64,000 nucleotides of DNA from Myxococcota bacterium (lineage in GTDB: Bacteria; Myxococcota_A; Polyangia; Nannocystales; Nannocystaceae). The stretch is from positions 96,001 through 160,000 of the forward strand of contig JBCCHT010000009.1 in NCBI GenBank assembly GCA_039028615.1, read 5' to 3'. Below are positions 18,234 through 27,481 of the stretch, in pieces (the stretch's first letter is position 1; each line of letters opens with the position of its first letter). Under the pieces are notes generated by a model. The model saw only the letters and a program-made list of their open reading frames with translations. It did not search any database and was not told the origin of the DNA. The position numbers and the translations under genes were made by a program.

Positions 18234-19763
18234 TTACATCCGGTAGCGGTGCTTGATGGACTGAGCCTTGCGCGCCTCGGAGAACCGCGTGCTGCGGACG
18301 AGATTCTCGATGCAGCTGGCGCCCTTGCGGCTGACCGAGCCCTGGGCCTTGGCCGACTGCACGCGGCCATTGGGGCTGATCTTGACGGCGACCTCGATGG
18401 ACTCGCCCGGGAACAGGCCGGCCTTCTTGCCGCAGCTGCGAATCTTGGCGTCGAGCCGGGCGAGGCGGCTGCGAACCTCGCGGGTCGTGCGGCGGACGGG
18501 CAGCTCGGCGTCGGCCTGCGTCGGCTCGGCGTCCTCGGTGGGCTCGTCGGTCGCGGGGGGATCGGCGGTCGAGGAATCGGCTGCGTCCAGCGCAGCTGGG
18601 TCCGCGTCGGCTTCACCACCCTCGGGCGCGGGCTCGGCGAGCTCGGCCTTGGCTGGCTCGGCCTCGTGCGGGGTCGGTTCGGCCGGCGGGGCCTCGGGGG
18701 TCGCTTTGGCCTCGTCGTTCAGGCCCGCGATGCTGGCTCCGGCCGCCGCGGAGGGCTCGGCCTCCTCGCCTTGCAGCATCGACCACGCCCCGATGCCCAG
18801 CCCCAGCAACACCGTGGCTGCCCCGGCGAGCGCGAGCCCACGGAGCCGGCCCCCGCTCGGCGCCGACGCGGTCGCGTCGACGGCCTCGATGGCCTCGATG
18901 AAATCCTCGGCGGTGGCGAACCGCTCGTCGCGGTCTCTGGCCAGCGCCTTGAGCACGAGCGCGTCGATCTGCGGGCCGATCTCCGCCTCGGGGCAGGCCT
19001 TGCTCGGCGGCACCCGGTCGGCGTGGATGTGCTGGTAGAGGATCGCCATCGGGTTGTTGCCGCGATAGGGCACTTCCCCGGTGAGCATGCGATAGAGGAT
19101 GACCCCCACCGAGTACAGGTCGGTCCGACCGTCGATGTCCTCGCCCAGGCCCTGCTCGGGCGACATGTACTCCGCCGTGCCGATGATCGCTCCCGTCTGG
19201 GTCAGCTGTTCCTCGGAGCCGTCGCCGTAGAGCTTGGCGATGCCGAAGTCGATGACCTTGACGAAGTCTTGGTTGCCGGGACGCGGGGTGATGAAGCAGT
19301 TGTGCGGCTTGATGTCGCGGTGGATGATGCCCGCTTCGTGGGCGGCCGACAGAGCGCCCAGCAGCTGGATGCAGATCGGCTTGATGCGCGACCAGGGCAG
19401 GCGTTTTTCCCGTTTGACGAGGAAGCGCAGGTCCTCGCCCTCGAGGTACTCCATCACGAAGAACGCACAGCCGTCGCTCTCGCCGTAGTCGGTGATGTCG
19501 ACGATGTTCTCGTGGCGGATCCGCGACGATGCCTTGGCCTCCTGGAGGAAGCGCCCCACCGTTCGAGGGCGGCGCATCTGCTCCGGCGCCAGCACCTTGA
19601 TGGCGACGTCCTTGTCGATCTTCAGGTGTTTGGCGAGGTAAACGTCGCCCATGCCCCCCTCGCCGATGAGGGAGTCGATGCGGTAGCGCCCGGCGAGAAC
19701 CGTGCCCGAGGACAGGGTTGTCCGTTCGATCAACGGATCTCCGTTGGTCGCCAGGGTTTGCAT
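18234..19763 (-). CDS. Ser/Thr protein kinase, membrane-anchored, with a small C-terminal domain
   Basis: IGEGGMGDVY, VAIK, HRDIKPHN, DFG and GTAEYMSPEQ, followed by a TM helix and a Pro/Ala linker. Start uncertain. Confidence 0.9.
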   Translation of the reverse strand: MQTLATNGDPLIERTTLSSGTVLAGRYRIDSLIGEGGMGDVYLAKHLKIDKDVAIKVLAPEQMRRPRTVGRFLQEAKASSRIRHENIVDITDYGESDGCAFFVMEYLEGEDLRFLVKREKRLPWSRIKPICIQLLGALSAAHEAGIIHRDIKPHNCFITPRPGNQDFVKVIDFGIAKLYGDGSEEQLTQTGAIIGTAEYMSPEQGLGEDIDGRTDLYSVGVILYRMLTGEVPYRGNNPMAILYQHIHADRVPPSKACPEAEIGPQIDALVLKALARDRDERFATAEDFIEAIEAVDATASAPSGGRLRGLALAGAATVLLGLGIGAWSMLQGEEAEPSAAAGASIAGLNDEAKATPEAPPAEPTPHEAEPAKAELAEPAPEGGEADADPAALDAADSSTADPPATDEPTEDAEPTQADAELPVRRTTREVRSRLARLDAKIRSCGKKAGLFPGESIEVAVKISPNGRVQSAKAQGSVSRKGASCIENLVRSTRFSEARKAQSIKHRYRM

Positions 19764-19923
19764 CTCGTCGGGCGTGTAGGTCGTCACCAAAGAAGAAGCC
19801 GTGCCACCATGGTAGCGGTGAGCAGGTGTCGGCGCAGCAATCCGGCTTGAGCCGCCCCGGTCACCCTGCATATCATCTCGGCTCGAAATGTCGGCGGATC
19901 ACGGACAGGCCCCGCAAAAAGCG

Positions 19924-20844
19924 ATGACGCGCGCGCTGGCGACGGCGATTGCAGCGATGCTCGCAATGCCCGGCACCGTGATTGCCGCTCCGGCGAAGGG
20001 CGAAGCCGCGGAAGGCGCAGTCGGGGGGGACACGACGGCGCCGGCTCCCGTCGACATCGGTGAGCTGTGGCAGCAGGCGCAGACCCGGATGGGCACGGCG
20101 GATTACGACGAGGCGATCGTCGCGTTGACCCGCCTCTATGATGCGATCGCGCTCGATCCAGAGGCGTCGGCATTGCGCCTGCGTGTGCAATGGACCCTGC
20201 ACCGAGCGCATGTCGGCGCCCACGGGGTCGATGGCGATCTCACGCATCTGTACTTCGCCCGGGATCTACTGGCGACGTACCTCGAGACCTTGCCCGAGGC
20301 CGAGGTCGAGCGACGCCAGGAGGCCACCGCGGCGCAGAAGGAAGTGCTCGCTCGCATCGAGGAGCAGGAGGCCGCCGAGGCAGCCGAGGCCGAAGCGCAG
20401 GCCGAGGCCGCGAGGTTGGCCGCCGAGCGCGAGGCCGAAGCCGCCCGACAGCGAGCCGCCGCGGCCGAGGCCGAGCGCGCCGCTCGAGAGGCGGAAGCCA
20501 AGGCCAAGGCGCCGCCCCCCGAGTCGAACCACCGCACCTTCATCATCATCGGCTCGGTGGGCGTCGGCTTGGGCGTGGCCGGCTTGGCCACCATGGGCGG
20601 AGGCCTCGGGCTCTCCGGCAACGCCATCCAGACCTTCGAGACCGAGCCCGATATGCGAGCCCAGGCGCGCGACGACGTGCAGCGCGGTAACACCATCGCG
20701 CTCGCCGGCGGTATCGCGGGTGGATTGTTGCTGGCCGGCGGTGCCGCGGTCCTGGCCTTGGGCCTCAAGCGCCGGGCCGAGTTCAAGGGCTCGCTGGCGG
20801 CCGGTCCGAGCCCGCTGGGCATCGGTTGGCGCTGGCGTTTTTAG
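19924..20844 (+). CDS. Secreted TPR-like/coiled-coil protein with C-terminal Gly-rich hydrophobic helices
   Basis: Signal peptide, helical repeat, EAEAxA coiled coil, Gly-zipper TM segments and a terminal W-R-F. Divergent from the kinase gene. Confidence 0.65.
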   Translation: MTRALATAIAAMLAMPGTVIAAPAKGEAAEGAVGGDTTAPAPVDIGELWQQAQTRMGTADYDEAIVALTRLYDAIALDPEASALRLRVQWTLHRAHVGAHGVDGDLTHLYFARDLLATYLETLPEAEVERRQEATAAQKEVLARIEEQEAAEAAEAEAQAEAARLAAEREAEAARQRAAAAEAERAAREAEAKAKAPPPESNHRTFIIIGSVGVGLGVAGLATMGGGLGLSGNAIQTFETEPDMRAQARDDVQRGNTIALAGGIAGGLLLAGGAAVLALGLKRRAEFKGSLAAGPSPLGIGWRWRF

Positions 20845-20857
20845 AGGACCACCCGAC

Positions 20858-22048
20858 ATGAGCAGACCGTCCTTCGTTCGCCGTTGGTTTCGCCGCTCGT
20901 TGCGGATCGCGGGGGCCTTGTTCGGCCTGTTCCTCGTCGTGGCGCTCGTCGCCCTCGTGCAGGCCTGGGAGGCGCTCGGCAAGGCGCCCGAGGGCGAACG
21001 CCTCGACCGCATGAAGCAGTCGGCGCAGTGGAAGGACGACATCTTTCACAACCCGCAGCCGCTGTGGAACGACGCGGTCGGCTCGGTCACGGGGATGTTC
21101 AGCGCCAGCGAGTACGGCAGCCCGTCGGATCCGCTGCCGGTCGTGAAGGTCGACCCACAGGTGTTGAAGACGGCACCCGAGTCGGGCCTGCGGGTGACGT
21201 GGCTGGGGCACTCCACCTTGCTCATCGAGGTCGATGGCGTTCGGCTGCTCACCGATCCGGTCTGGGGCGAGCGGACCTCGCCGCTGTCCTGGGTCGGGCC
21301 CGAGCGCTGGTACGAGCCATTGATCGCGCTCGACGAGCTGCCGCCGATCGACGCGGTGGTGCTCTCCCACGATCACTACGACCACCTCGACTTCCCCACC
21401 ATCGTGGCGATGAAGGACTGGGACACCCGCTTCGTCGCGCCGCTGGGGGTGGGGGCGCACCTGGCCTACTGGGGCGTGCCCGAGGATCGGATCGTCGAGG
21501 TCGACTGGTGGGACACGGTGAAGCTGGGCGAGGACGAAGCGTTCGAGCTGCACTGCGTGCCCGCCCGTCATGCCTCCGGGCGGCAGGTCTTCGACCAAAA
21601 CCGCACCCTGTGGTCGGGCTACGCGATGATCGGTGCGGAGCATCGGGTCTACTTCTCCGGCGACACGGGGTTGTTCCCCGGCATGACCGAGATCGGCGAA
21701 CGCTTCGGGCCCTTCGATCTCACGATGATCGAGGCGGGGGCATACGGCCAGGAGTGGCCGGATTGGCACATCGGCCCCGAGCAGGCGGTGCGCGCCCACG
21801 GCATGGTGAAGGGCAAGGTCTACCTGCCGATCCACTGGGGGTTGTTCAACCTCGCGTTCCATGGCTGGACCGAACCCATCGAGCGCTCGGTGGTGGCGGC
21901 GAAGGAAGCGGGGATCGCCATGGTGGTGCCCAAGCCGGGGCAGAGCATCGAGCCCACGGTCGAGGTCGAGGCCATCGAGCCCTGGTGGCCGCAGGTCCCG
22001 TGGCGTACGGCGGCCGAGTACCCCATCGTCTCGACGAAGGTCGACTAG
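20858..22048 (+). CDS. MBL-fold metallo-hydrolase (NAPE-PLD/RomA-like)
   Basis: TWLGHST, LTDPVW, SHDHYDHLD, PARH.SGR, YFSGDTG and PIHWG. Confidence 0.9.
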   Translation: MSRPSFVRRWFRRSLRIAGALFGLFLVVALVALVQAWEALGKAPEGERLDRMKQSAQWKDDIFHNPQPLWNDAVGSVTGMFSASEYGSPSDPLPVVKVDPQVLKTAPESGLRVTWLGHSTLLIEVDGVRLLTDPVWGERTSPLSWVGPERWYEPLIALDELPPIDAVVLSHDHYDHLDFPTIVAMKDWDTRFVAPLGVGAHLAYWGVPEDRIVEVDWWDTVKLGEDEAFELHCVPARHASGRQVFDQNRTLWSGYAMIGAEHRVYFSGDTGLFPGMTEIGERFGPFDLTMIEAGAYGQEWPDWHIGPEQAVRAHGMVKGKVYLPIHWGLFNLAFHGWTEPIERSVVAAKEAGIAMVVPKPGQSIEPTVEVEAIEPWWPQVPWRTAAEYPIVSTKVD

Positions 22049-22060
22049 AACTGGTTTGTC

Positions 22061-22324
22061 TCAGTCCTCGGCGGGGAGGGGGCGCAGGCGAGCCCGACCC
22101 GCGCGTCGCTTGAGGCGGTACTCGAGCGACTGCGCTTCGCCGCGGGTCTCGAAGGGGCCGTGGGTGATGCCGACCGTCCAGGGGCGCCCGGCTCGGGTCG
22201 ACTTGGCGCCGCCCGGTTGCTCCCCGTTGTGCTGCTCGAGCCGGCGATCGAGGTCGTTGGTGATGCCTACGTAGGTCCGCCGACCATTGCTGGATACCAG
22301 CACGTACACCGTCCACTCGGACAC
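22061..22324 (-). CDS. Stand-alone GIY-YIG nuclease (UPF0213/SLX1-like)
   Basis: WTVYVL...RTYVGIT.DL.RRL.QHNG...GGAK.TR..RPW and A..LE..LK. GTG start inferred. Confidence 0.85.
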   Translation of the reverse strand: MSEWTVYVLVSSNGRRTYVGITNDLDRRLEQHNGEQPGGAKSTRAGRPWTVGITHGPFETRGEAQSLEYRLKRRAGRARLRPLPAED

Positions 22325-22491
22325 CCCCGCAGCGTCGCCGATGGGTCGCGCCGTGTCCAGGGCGCTGCGGTCCACGCCGACGCCCGAGCGGGGAAACCAT
22401 GAACGTCGCGCGGAACGAAGGTCCGCGCGAGCCCAACGGGCATCCATCTCCCGTGTTGACCCCGCCCGAATCCGCGTGCGATCGATGATGG

Positions 22492-23220
22492 GTGACCGTG
22501 AAATCCCGCCCCGATCGTAGCCCCCTCGTCGTCCCTCGCCGCGGCTTCCTGGTCGCCGCGGGTGCGCTCGCAGGGGTCACCGTGCTCCCGCGCTGGGCGG
22601 TGGCCGGGACCCACTACGCGTTCGTGAAGATCGAGGCCAACGGCACCGTCGTCACGGGGAACACGGACATCACCAACATCGGCGGCGAGGAACTGCCCCG
22701 CGCGGAGTGGATTCAGTGCAAGCGGGTCAGCTACGGGCTCAAGCGCGACATCGGCACGGGCGCTCGCGTCAGCGGTCACACGCACTACGACCGCATCGAG
22801 TTCGATGCCAAGGGCGGCCCCGGCTACAAGGGGCTCACTTCGGCGCTGAAGCGCGATCCCAAGCACAAGTCCTATACCCACATCGGCTTGTATTGCCCCC
22901 GGAGCACGTCGGCCCCCTTGCTCGCCCAGGCCCTCGAGCGCGGCCACACCGTCAACCTGGAGATGCGGTTCTTCCACTCGGGCAGTGCCAAGGGCGACGA
23001 GGCCACCAAGTACATGGAGATCGTGTGCACCGATGGCCGTCTCGCCGGCGTCAAGGTCATCAACCAGACCCGGCCCGAGGCCAAAGGGACGACGGACGTG
23101 GAGGGGGAGGCCAACATGATGATCCACTACGCCTTCCATCAGATGCAGATCGACCACGTGGGCGATGACGGTGCGACCTCGGCCCACTTCGAGTGGACGG
23201 GCATGAGCAAGGCCGACTAG
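22492..23220 (+). CDS. Hcp/TssD (T6SS tube)-like protein with a twin-arginine signal peptide
   Basis: RRGFL plus a hydrophobic stretch plus AVA. The mature part has AFVKIE..G...G, EWI...V.YG..R..GTG..SG, S.PLLAQAL..G, FF, KY.EI...D and F..M......G......W. Confidence 0.65.
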   Translation: MTVKSRPDRSPLVVPRRGFLVAAGALAGVTVLPRWAVAGTHYAFVKIEANGTVVTGNTDITNIGGEELPRAEWIQCKRVSYGLKRDIGTGARVSGHTHYDRIEFDAKGGPGYKGLTSALKRDPKHKSYTHIGLYCPRSTSAPLLAQALERGHTVNLEMRFFHSGSAKGDEATKYMEIVCTDGRLAGVKVINQTRPEAKGTTDVEGEANMMIHYAFHQMQIDHVGDDGATSAHFEWTGMSKAD

Positions 23221-23247
23221 CCATCGCGCACCGGGAGGTCTCGCGAC

Positions 23248-24747
23248 TCATCGAGGCAGCGTCACTCGGATGGTGTCGGTGCGGATCGTCCCGCCCCAAT
23301 CATCCTTCGTCAGCCTCCAGCGGTCGCGTTTCCGTTGCGTGTCGTTGTGACGATCCTGCACCGCCGGGTCCTGAGATAGCTCGAAGCCGAGAGTGACGAC
23401 CTCCCCGGGGCTGGCGGGCACGCCGTACTCGGTGTGCTGTGCGGCTTCACCCGTCTCGGGATCGACGCCGACGTTCTCGGCGGGGTTGCGGACGAGCAAG
23501 GCCTTGCGCCCCTCGTCGTAGGCGAGGCGGAGCTCGAACCTCAACGTGTCACCCGCGTGCATGCGCAGGAGCTTCCCTTGCGTCGCCGCTCTGATGTTGC
23601 CGGCCCCCGGGAAATCGTAGTGCTGCAGCGGGGCCCAGGTGCCATCGGGCCTCGCGAAGTGAAGCGTGCTGCCATCGACGAAGCGGGTGCTGTGTGTGTT
23701 CGTGACGGGGGCTCGATAGCGGCCTGGCAGTGATTCCTGGATGGACGACAGCCGGACCATCCGAAGGCTCTCGTTGCGGATGGTCACGATGGCCGTGAAC
23801 TCTTTGCCATCGCTACCGGCCTGCGGCCCATCCTCGATGGACAACGAGACCGCCAGCGTCTCCGTTGGCGCTTCGGCGACGCCATCGAGGACGCCGGGAT
23901 GAAATCCCTCGATCTCGAGGCCCGGGCGAGCCGCCAGGAGGTCGCGAAGAGCCTTTTGTTGTTCGCGGTCGATCCGTGTGGAGTCGATGCCGAACGAACC
24001 GAGCACGCTCAACCGCTCGAGGTTGGGCAGCTCCGCGAGGCGGGACAGCGCGCCGAGGGGGAGCTGGTCGTTGTCGCGAAGGTCGAGCGTTCGCAGCCGT
24101 TTCATCGCGAGGACGTGGTCGAAGCCGGCCTCGTCGAGCCCGTAGTTCGCGAGGTGGAGGTGTTCCAGGTGCTCGAGCTTCGCGACGGTGCTCAGCTCGG
24201 TACCCCCGGTGACCTCGGCGTGGGTGAAGCGATGGTCTGCGAGGTTGAGGGCTCGCAGACTGGACAGCGCCGCCAAGTTGGAGAGCGCCGCGTCTTCGTA
24301 GGGCAAGCCCGCGAGGTCCAGTGCCGCGAGGCGATTGAGTTCGGTCGGGCCCCAGTGGCAGTGGTCTTGGCTGGACTGGTGATCGGAGGCGATATAGCCG
24401 TCGAAGTAGGGGAGGAACCCGCCCCGTGGTGAGTCGGGCTGGCACAGGGTCGACAACCAGCGCGCCGTGGGCTCGAGGGATGCGGGGTTGTTCGTGTGCG
24501 GCGTAAAGCCTGGCGGGGTCGACAGCAGGTCGAGGCGAAACCAGTCGATCGGCTCATCCCATGCGGCAACGCTCTGCCCGTCGTCAGTCTTCGCGGCCCC
24601 GGCGGAGCTTTGGCCCTCGGCCTGCGGTGCCGTCGACGGCGGAGCGCTCGTCTCGGGCGGTGGCGAGGGACGGTGCGCGCAGCCACTCGCAAAGAGCACT
24701 GCGATCGACATGAGTTGGGTCAGAGGCTTCACGATGTTGATCGCCAT
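23248..24747 (-). CDS. Leucine-rich-repeat lipoprotein
   Basis: Lipobox FASGC and LxxLxxLxL repeats (LSSLRALNL, LEHLEHLHL, RLRTLDLRDN, LPNLERLSV). Confidence 0.7.
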   Translation of the reverse strand: MAINIVKPLTQLMSIAVLFASGCAHRPSPPPETSAPPSTAPQAEGQSSAGAAKTDDGQSVAAWDEPIDWFRLDLLSTPPGFTPHTNNPASLEPTARWLSTLCQPDSPRGGFLPYFDGYIASDHQSSQDHCHWGPTELNRLAALDLAGLPYEDAALSNLAALSSLRALNLADHRFTHAEVTGGTELSTVAKLEHLEHLHLANYGLDEAGFDHVLAMKRLRTLDLRDNDQLPLGALSRLAELPNLERLSVLGSFGIDSTRIDREQQKALRDLLAARPGLEIEGFHPGVLDGVAEAPTETLAVSLSIEDGPQAGSDGKEFTAIVTIRNESLRMVRLSSIQESLPGRYRAPVTNTHSTRFVDGSTLHFARPDGTWAPLQHYDFPGAGNIRAATQGKLLRMHAGDTLRFELRLAYDEGRKALLVRNPAENVGVDPETGEAAQHTEYGVPASPGEVVTLGFELSQDPAVQDRHNDTQRKRDRWRLTKDDWGGTIRTDTIRVTLPR

Positions 24748-24825
24748 TGTAGTGCACCGCATTGGAACTCTGACAGACGAGCATGGCGACCGAGTCGTAT
24801 TGCGCTAGCCTCGACGCGAGGCACG

Positions 24826-25635
24826 ATGAGAATCCTGGTCACGGGCGCAACCTCGGGCATCGGCAAGGAGACGGCGAGGGCTCTCGCGGCTCAGGGCCAT
24901 ACGGTGCTCGTGCATGGTCGCAGCGAGGACAAGAGCCATCGAGCGGTCGCGGACATCGTGGCTGGGCAGTCGGAGGCCCGCTGTATTCCCGAGGTTTGTG
25001 ACTTGTCGTCCCAGGCCGCAATTCGGTCGTGGGCGAAACAGCTCTGTGCGGCCCAGCCGATCGATGTGATCGTGCACAACGCAGGCGTCTGGTTGAATGA
25101 GCCGACGCGGACCGTCGACGGGCGAGAGACCACGTGGGCCGTCAACCACCTCGCCCCGTTCCTGCTGACGACGCTGCTGCTCGACCGCCTCTTGGCCCGC
25201 CCGGCGAGCCGAGTCATCAACGTCTCTTCCATCGGTCACACAGCGGGCACGATCCGTTTCGACGATCCCGATCTCACCGGTCGCTTCGATGGCCTCTCGG
25301 CCTATTGTCAGTCCAAGCTGGCCAATGTGCTGTTCACGCAGGAACTCGCTCGCCGCACGAAGGGGACGGGGTTGGTGACCCACGCCCTACATCCCGGGGT
25401 GGTCGATACCAAGATGCTGCAGGTCACCGGGTTCGGGGCGCAGCCCTCGATCTCGCCCGAGCGTGGGGCGCAGACCAGCATCTTTCTCGCCACGGACCCC
25501 GCCGTGGCTCGGACGAGCGGACGATACTTCGTGGACTGCGAAGAGCAGCGCCCGGCGACCACGAACGCCGCGCTCGCGGAGCGACTATGGACGTTGTCCG
25601 AGCAGCAGACCCAGCCTCGGGCCCACGAGGACTAG
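24826..25635 (+). CDS. SDR oxidoreductase (retinol dehydrogenase/WWOX-like)
   Basis: VTGATSGIG, HNAG, VNHLAPFLLT, AYCQSKLAN and LHPGVV.T. Confidence 0.9.
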   Translation: MRILVTGATSGIGKETARALAAQGHTVLVHGRSEDKSHRAVADIVAGQSEARCIPEVCDLSSQAAIRSWAKQLCAAQPIDVIVHNAGVWLNEPTRTVDGRETTWAVNHLAPFLLTTLLLDRLLARPASRVINVSSIGHTAGTIRFDDPDLTGRFDGLSAYCQSKLANVLFTQELARRTKGTGLVTHALHPGVVDTKMLQVTGFGAQPSISPERGAQTSIFLATDPAVARTSGRYFVDCEEQRPATTNAALAERLWTLSEQQTQPRAHED

Positions 25636-26252
25636 CGCCCCAAAATCAGGTCGAGGGAGCTCCCCGCGGCACGGCGCAGACGGCCGGGCTCCGTGTTCGT
25701 GCGAAGGGCCCGCAGCGGCTCGATGAAATCGGCCCAGCCGATGATCCCCGCGACCTCGGCCGCCGCGACCGCGACCTCGAGCGAATCCGACTCGAGGCCT
25801 CGTAGCACCCCACGTACCGTATTCTTCGCCGGCTCGTTGGGGGCCGAGTAGCCGAGCCGATACAGTATCGACGGGTCGCTCGAGTCCGCGGCCGAGGCAC
25901 ACAGCGCCTCGTGGGACTCGGCTGGAATCAGGCGCTCGAAGACCTCGACCAACCGTCCCAGCTCGGCGGCATCGGACGACTCCAGGCGGAGGTAGCGAAC
26001 TCGCCCGAGGTAGTCCTCCCACAGCTCGATATGACTGGTCTCGGGCTCATCGGAGAAACGGGTGCGCCGCGTGGTATCGGACTCGTCGTGCGCCGACTCC
26101 ACGAACTCGAACCCCAGCTCGTCCAGCGCGTCGATGCACTCGAACAGGAGCTTGCGCAGCGCTTCACGCTCTGCAAACGGCAGGCGTGGGACCAGGTACT
26201 GTTCGGCGCTCATCAGTCGAAGGGGTCTGCCCTTCCGACCCTCGACGGTCAT
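25632..26252 (-). CDS. Hypothetical protein with C-terminal HEAT-like helices
   Basis: Coding-like frame ending GLESDSLEVAVAAAEVAGIIGWADFIEPLRAL. Start may be 26213 instead. Confidence 0.55.
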   Translation of the reverse strand: MTVEGRKGRPLRLMSAEQYLVPRLPFAEREALRKLLFECIDALDELGFEFVESAHDESDTTRRTRFSDEPETSHIELWEDYLGRVRYLRLESSDAAELGRLVEVFERLIPAESHEALCASAADSSDPSILYRLGYSAPNEPAKNTVRGVLRGLESDSLEVAVAAAEVAGIIGWADFIEPLRALRTNTEPGRLRRAAGSSLDLILGR

Positions 26253-26284
26253 GCGGGCTCTGCAATCGTACAATGCCGTCGACC

Positions 26285-27277
26285 ATGCGGATCGGGCTGA
26301 CATCCTTCCTTTTGTTTGCGGCCGGGTGCGCTGCGTCTCCCACCGTGCCCACCTCTGCGCCGGGACCCGGGGCGGTCGAGCCCGTGGCGATCTCGGAGTC
26401 CGCCTCCGAAGGGGCAGAGCCCGCGGCGAGTTCGGGGCCCGCGTTCGAGACGAGCGACCCCGGGGCGAGCGAGTTCGCCCCGAACGTTGCTCCCGGTTCA
26501 CTCACGTGGAAGGAGGCGGTCGAAGTCGAAGCGGCCACGCTCGAGGCGGCGTACCCAGAGGCCGACATTCGCATCATGGTGCTGGATTCATCGGGGTCCG
26601 ACATGCTGGCCGATCATGGCGATGTGGACCGGAGGTCACCGATCGGAGACACCACGAAGCCGGTGGCCATCTATGCTGCGCTCGGCGAAGGCCTCGACCC
26701 CGCGATGACCTTCGATACGTCGAAGCCGGTCGTGCTGGACGGACTGGAGGTCCGCGACGAGAGATCCAGTGGCGTGCTCACCCTGTCGCAGGCGATCGCC
26801 GGGTCCTCGAACGTCGCCGTGGCTCAGGTGCTGGAGATGGTGCCGTGGAAGGCGGTCTACGCTCGTGTCGCTTACTTTCTGCCGATTCCCGAGTCGGGCC
26901 GCGAGACCCTGCAGGAGGTGGCGGGGCAGCTCATTGGGTTCACCTGCGAGGTTCCGCTGCGCGACCTCGGGCGGGCCTACGCGAGGATGGTGGCAGAGCC
27001 CGACAGCGCGGCCATCGTCGACGTGCTGCGCCTGGCGGTGGGGCCCGACGCGACCGGAGCGCGGGCCGCCGTACCCGGCCTGGATGTCCTGGGCAAGACG
27101 GGGACGGCCGGAGATCCAGGCAATCGCATCGCGGTGTTCATCGGGCGTGTCAGCGATGGTGAGACGACAGCCTGGATCGGAGTCTCGGTCGGCGGGGCGG
27201 GCAAAGGCGAGGACGGAGGTTCGGTGGCGGCTCCGGCCTTCGCCCGGATTGCTCGCGCGGTGCTCGGAGGATCCTGA
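26285..27277 (+). CDS. Penicillin-binding transpeptidase-domain lipoprotein, probably catalytically inactive
   Basis: Lipobox FAAGC. SSN and KTGT motifs are present, but the SxxK position reads GDTTKP. Confidence 0.75.
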   Translation: MRIGLTSFLLFAAGCAASPTVPTSAPGPGAVEPVAISESASEGAEPAASSGPAFETSDPGASEFAPNVAPGSLTWKEAVEVEAATLEAAYPEADIRIMVLDSSGSDMLADHGDVDRRSPIGDTTKPVAIYAALGEGLDPAMTFDTSKPVVLDGLEVRDERSSGVLTLSQAIAGSSNVAVAQVLEMVPWKAVYARVAYFLPIPESGRETLQEVAGQLIGFTCEVPLRDLGRAYARMVAEPDSAAIVDVLRLAVGPDATGARAAVPGLDVLGKTGTAGDPGNRIAVFIGRVSDGETTAWIGVSVGGAGKGEDGGSVAAPAFARIARAVLGGS

Positions 27278-27481
27278 CCTTCGTTTCCGTCCGAAGACCG
27301 ACGCGCCTCGAGCCGCTCGCGAGCGGTGACGAGGTGTCAGCCCGATTCCATCGCGGTGTGTCGTCGTGACGGCGTGCTTCTGCGCTTGGCGCCGCAAAGC
27401 CCCGTGAACTCGACGAATGGGGCTCGGTACCATTGTTGCTACAGCTCTGAGCCCGCCCCTTGCCCGGGAGTCTCAGTCCAA

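Noticed and set aside
20138..20857. 636-aa version of the MBL hydrolase, and similar over-extended starts for mtnD, AraC, the FAD subunit and the SDR
   Set aside because: The extensions overlap upstream genes and are low-complexity, so starts were trimmed to motif- and RBS-supported positions.
22061..22324. GIY-YIG gene as a homing endonuclease or mobile element
   Set aside because: It is the short stand-alone UPF0213/SLX1-like type, with no DNA-binding extension, intron or flanking repeats.
22492..26252. A T6SS or contractile-injection locus around the Hcp-like gene
   Set aside because: No VgrG, PAAR, sheath or baseplate genes are present. Neighbours are an LRR lipoprotein, an SDR and a HEAT-like protein.
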